Shown piece by piece: positions 63,251 to 64,000 of a stretch of DNA of 64,000 bases. Source of the stretch: Octopus sinensis. Its lineage: Eukaryota. The notes beneath the pieces were generated by a model, which made no database searches, had not been told where the DNA came from, and was given only the letters and a program-made list of their open reading frames with translations. Positions within the stretch are counted from its first letter, which is position 1. Each line of letters opens with the position of its first letter. The stretch is taken from assembly GCF_006345805.1 (NCBI RefSeq), contig NC_043023.1, positions 19,034,001 through 19,098,000 on the forward strand, in the 5' to 3' direction. The position numbers and the translations under genes are program-made.

Positions 63251-64000
63251 AGAATGGGTGAATGTTTTAAATACTTCTATTATTTACAAACATCGTTGAT
63301 TTACCTATTTCCAGGTGTGAATACAGAGTAATTGCTTCAATTTGAACCTGGTCTGGGGAGTTTCTCACCTGGGATTTCTAATGGTTATATAAATGGGATC
63401 CAGTCCAATCATAAATTCACAAATTGTTATTGTATTTCAGCAGGAAAAACAAAAAGAAAAGAGTTAAAAAGAACGAACTATACATAAGGGTGGAGTTCAG
63501 GTCTAAGCACCCTTCTCCTTCCTTTTCTTTTTTTTTTTCTCTCCCCCAAATTTCTTCGGATTCCTGTTTTCCTAATAACTTCAAGAAAAAGGGTATTTTT
63601 AATGAAAGAGTTATGAAATAATTACAATTGCCGAGTTTGTGTGTCTGTCATAAATGTCATAGGTATCCTTTATCTTTTACATGTTTCGGTCATTTGACTG
63701 CGACCATACTGGGGCACCGCCTTGAAGGTTTTAGTCGAACGATCGATTCCAGGACTTTTTTTTTAAGCCTTATATTTATTCTATCGGCCTTTTTCGCAAA
63801 ACCAGGACATAAACACACCAACACCTGTTGTCAAACGGTGATAGGATACAAACGCAAACAAACTATACATAAGAGTGGAGTTCAGGTCTAAGCACCCTCC
63901 TCCTTCCTTTTCTGTTTTTTTTCTCTCCCCCAAATTTCTTCGGATTCCTGTTTTCCTAATAACTTCAAGAAAAACGGATATTTTTAATGAAATTTTCTAT

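Noticed and set aside
63315-63345. + strand terminal exon (CEYRVIASI*) completing the TM protein
   Set aside because: Only an acceptor-like site; 60 kb away, very short, no other support

Overview
AT-rich, repeat-dominated animal genomic DNA. The SINE, mariner and MITE families look like coleoid cephalopod (Octopus-type) repeats; this assignment is by recognition, not by search. There is no prokaryotic content and no CRISPR array. Host-gene content is sparse. (i) Two + strand exons (1048-1086, 2741-2922) encode a glycosylated stalk, a transmembrane helix and a short tail. (ii) A - strand spliced gene of unknown function (exons ~48764-48869, 38141-38349, 36351-36437, 35276-35376) reads through only if two single-base deletions are corrected. 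Two large satellites dominate. The first is an 11.3-kb higher-order array (17082-28440) of 142-bp monomers interleaved with 11 copies of an internally deleted mariner transposase relic. The second is a 6.5-kb array of ~44 x 148-bp units (39015-45509) built from a retroposon 3' tail plus local intron sequence. The remainder comprises about 30 SINEs of at least 4 families, truncated LINEs (R4/Dong-like, HERO/NeSL-like, RTE, CR1), several MITEs (some nested), short tandem arrays, a 5S rRNA pseudogene, degenerate hammerhead-ribozyme-like motifs, a decayed ~65-aa protein repeat, long microsatellites and one 100-N gap. Most long ORFs in the supplied track are microsatellite or SINE artefacts.
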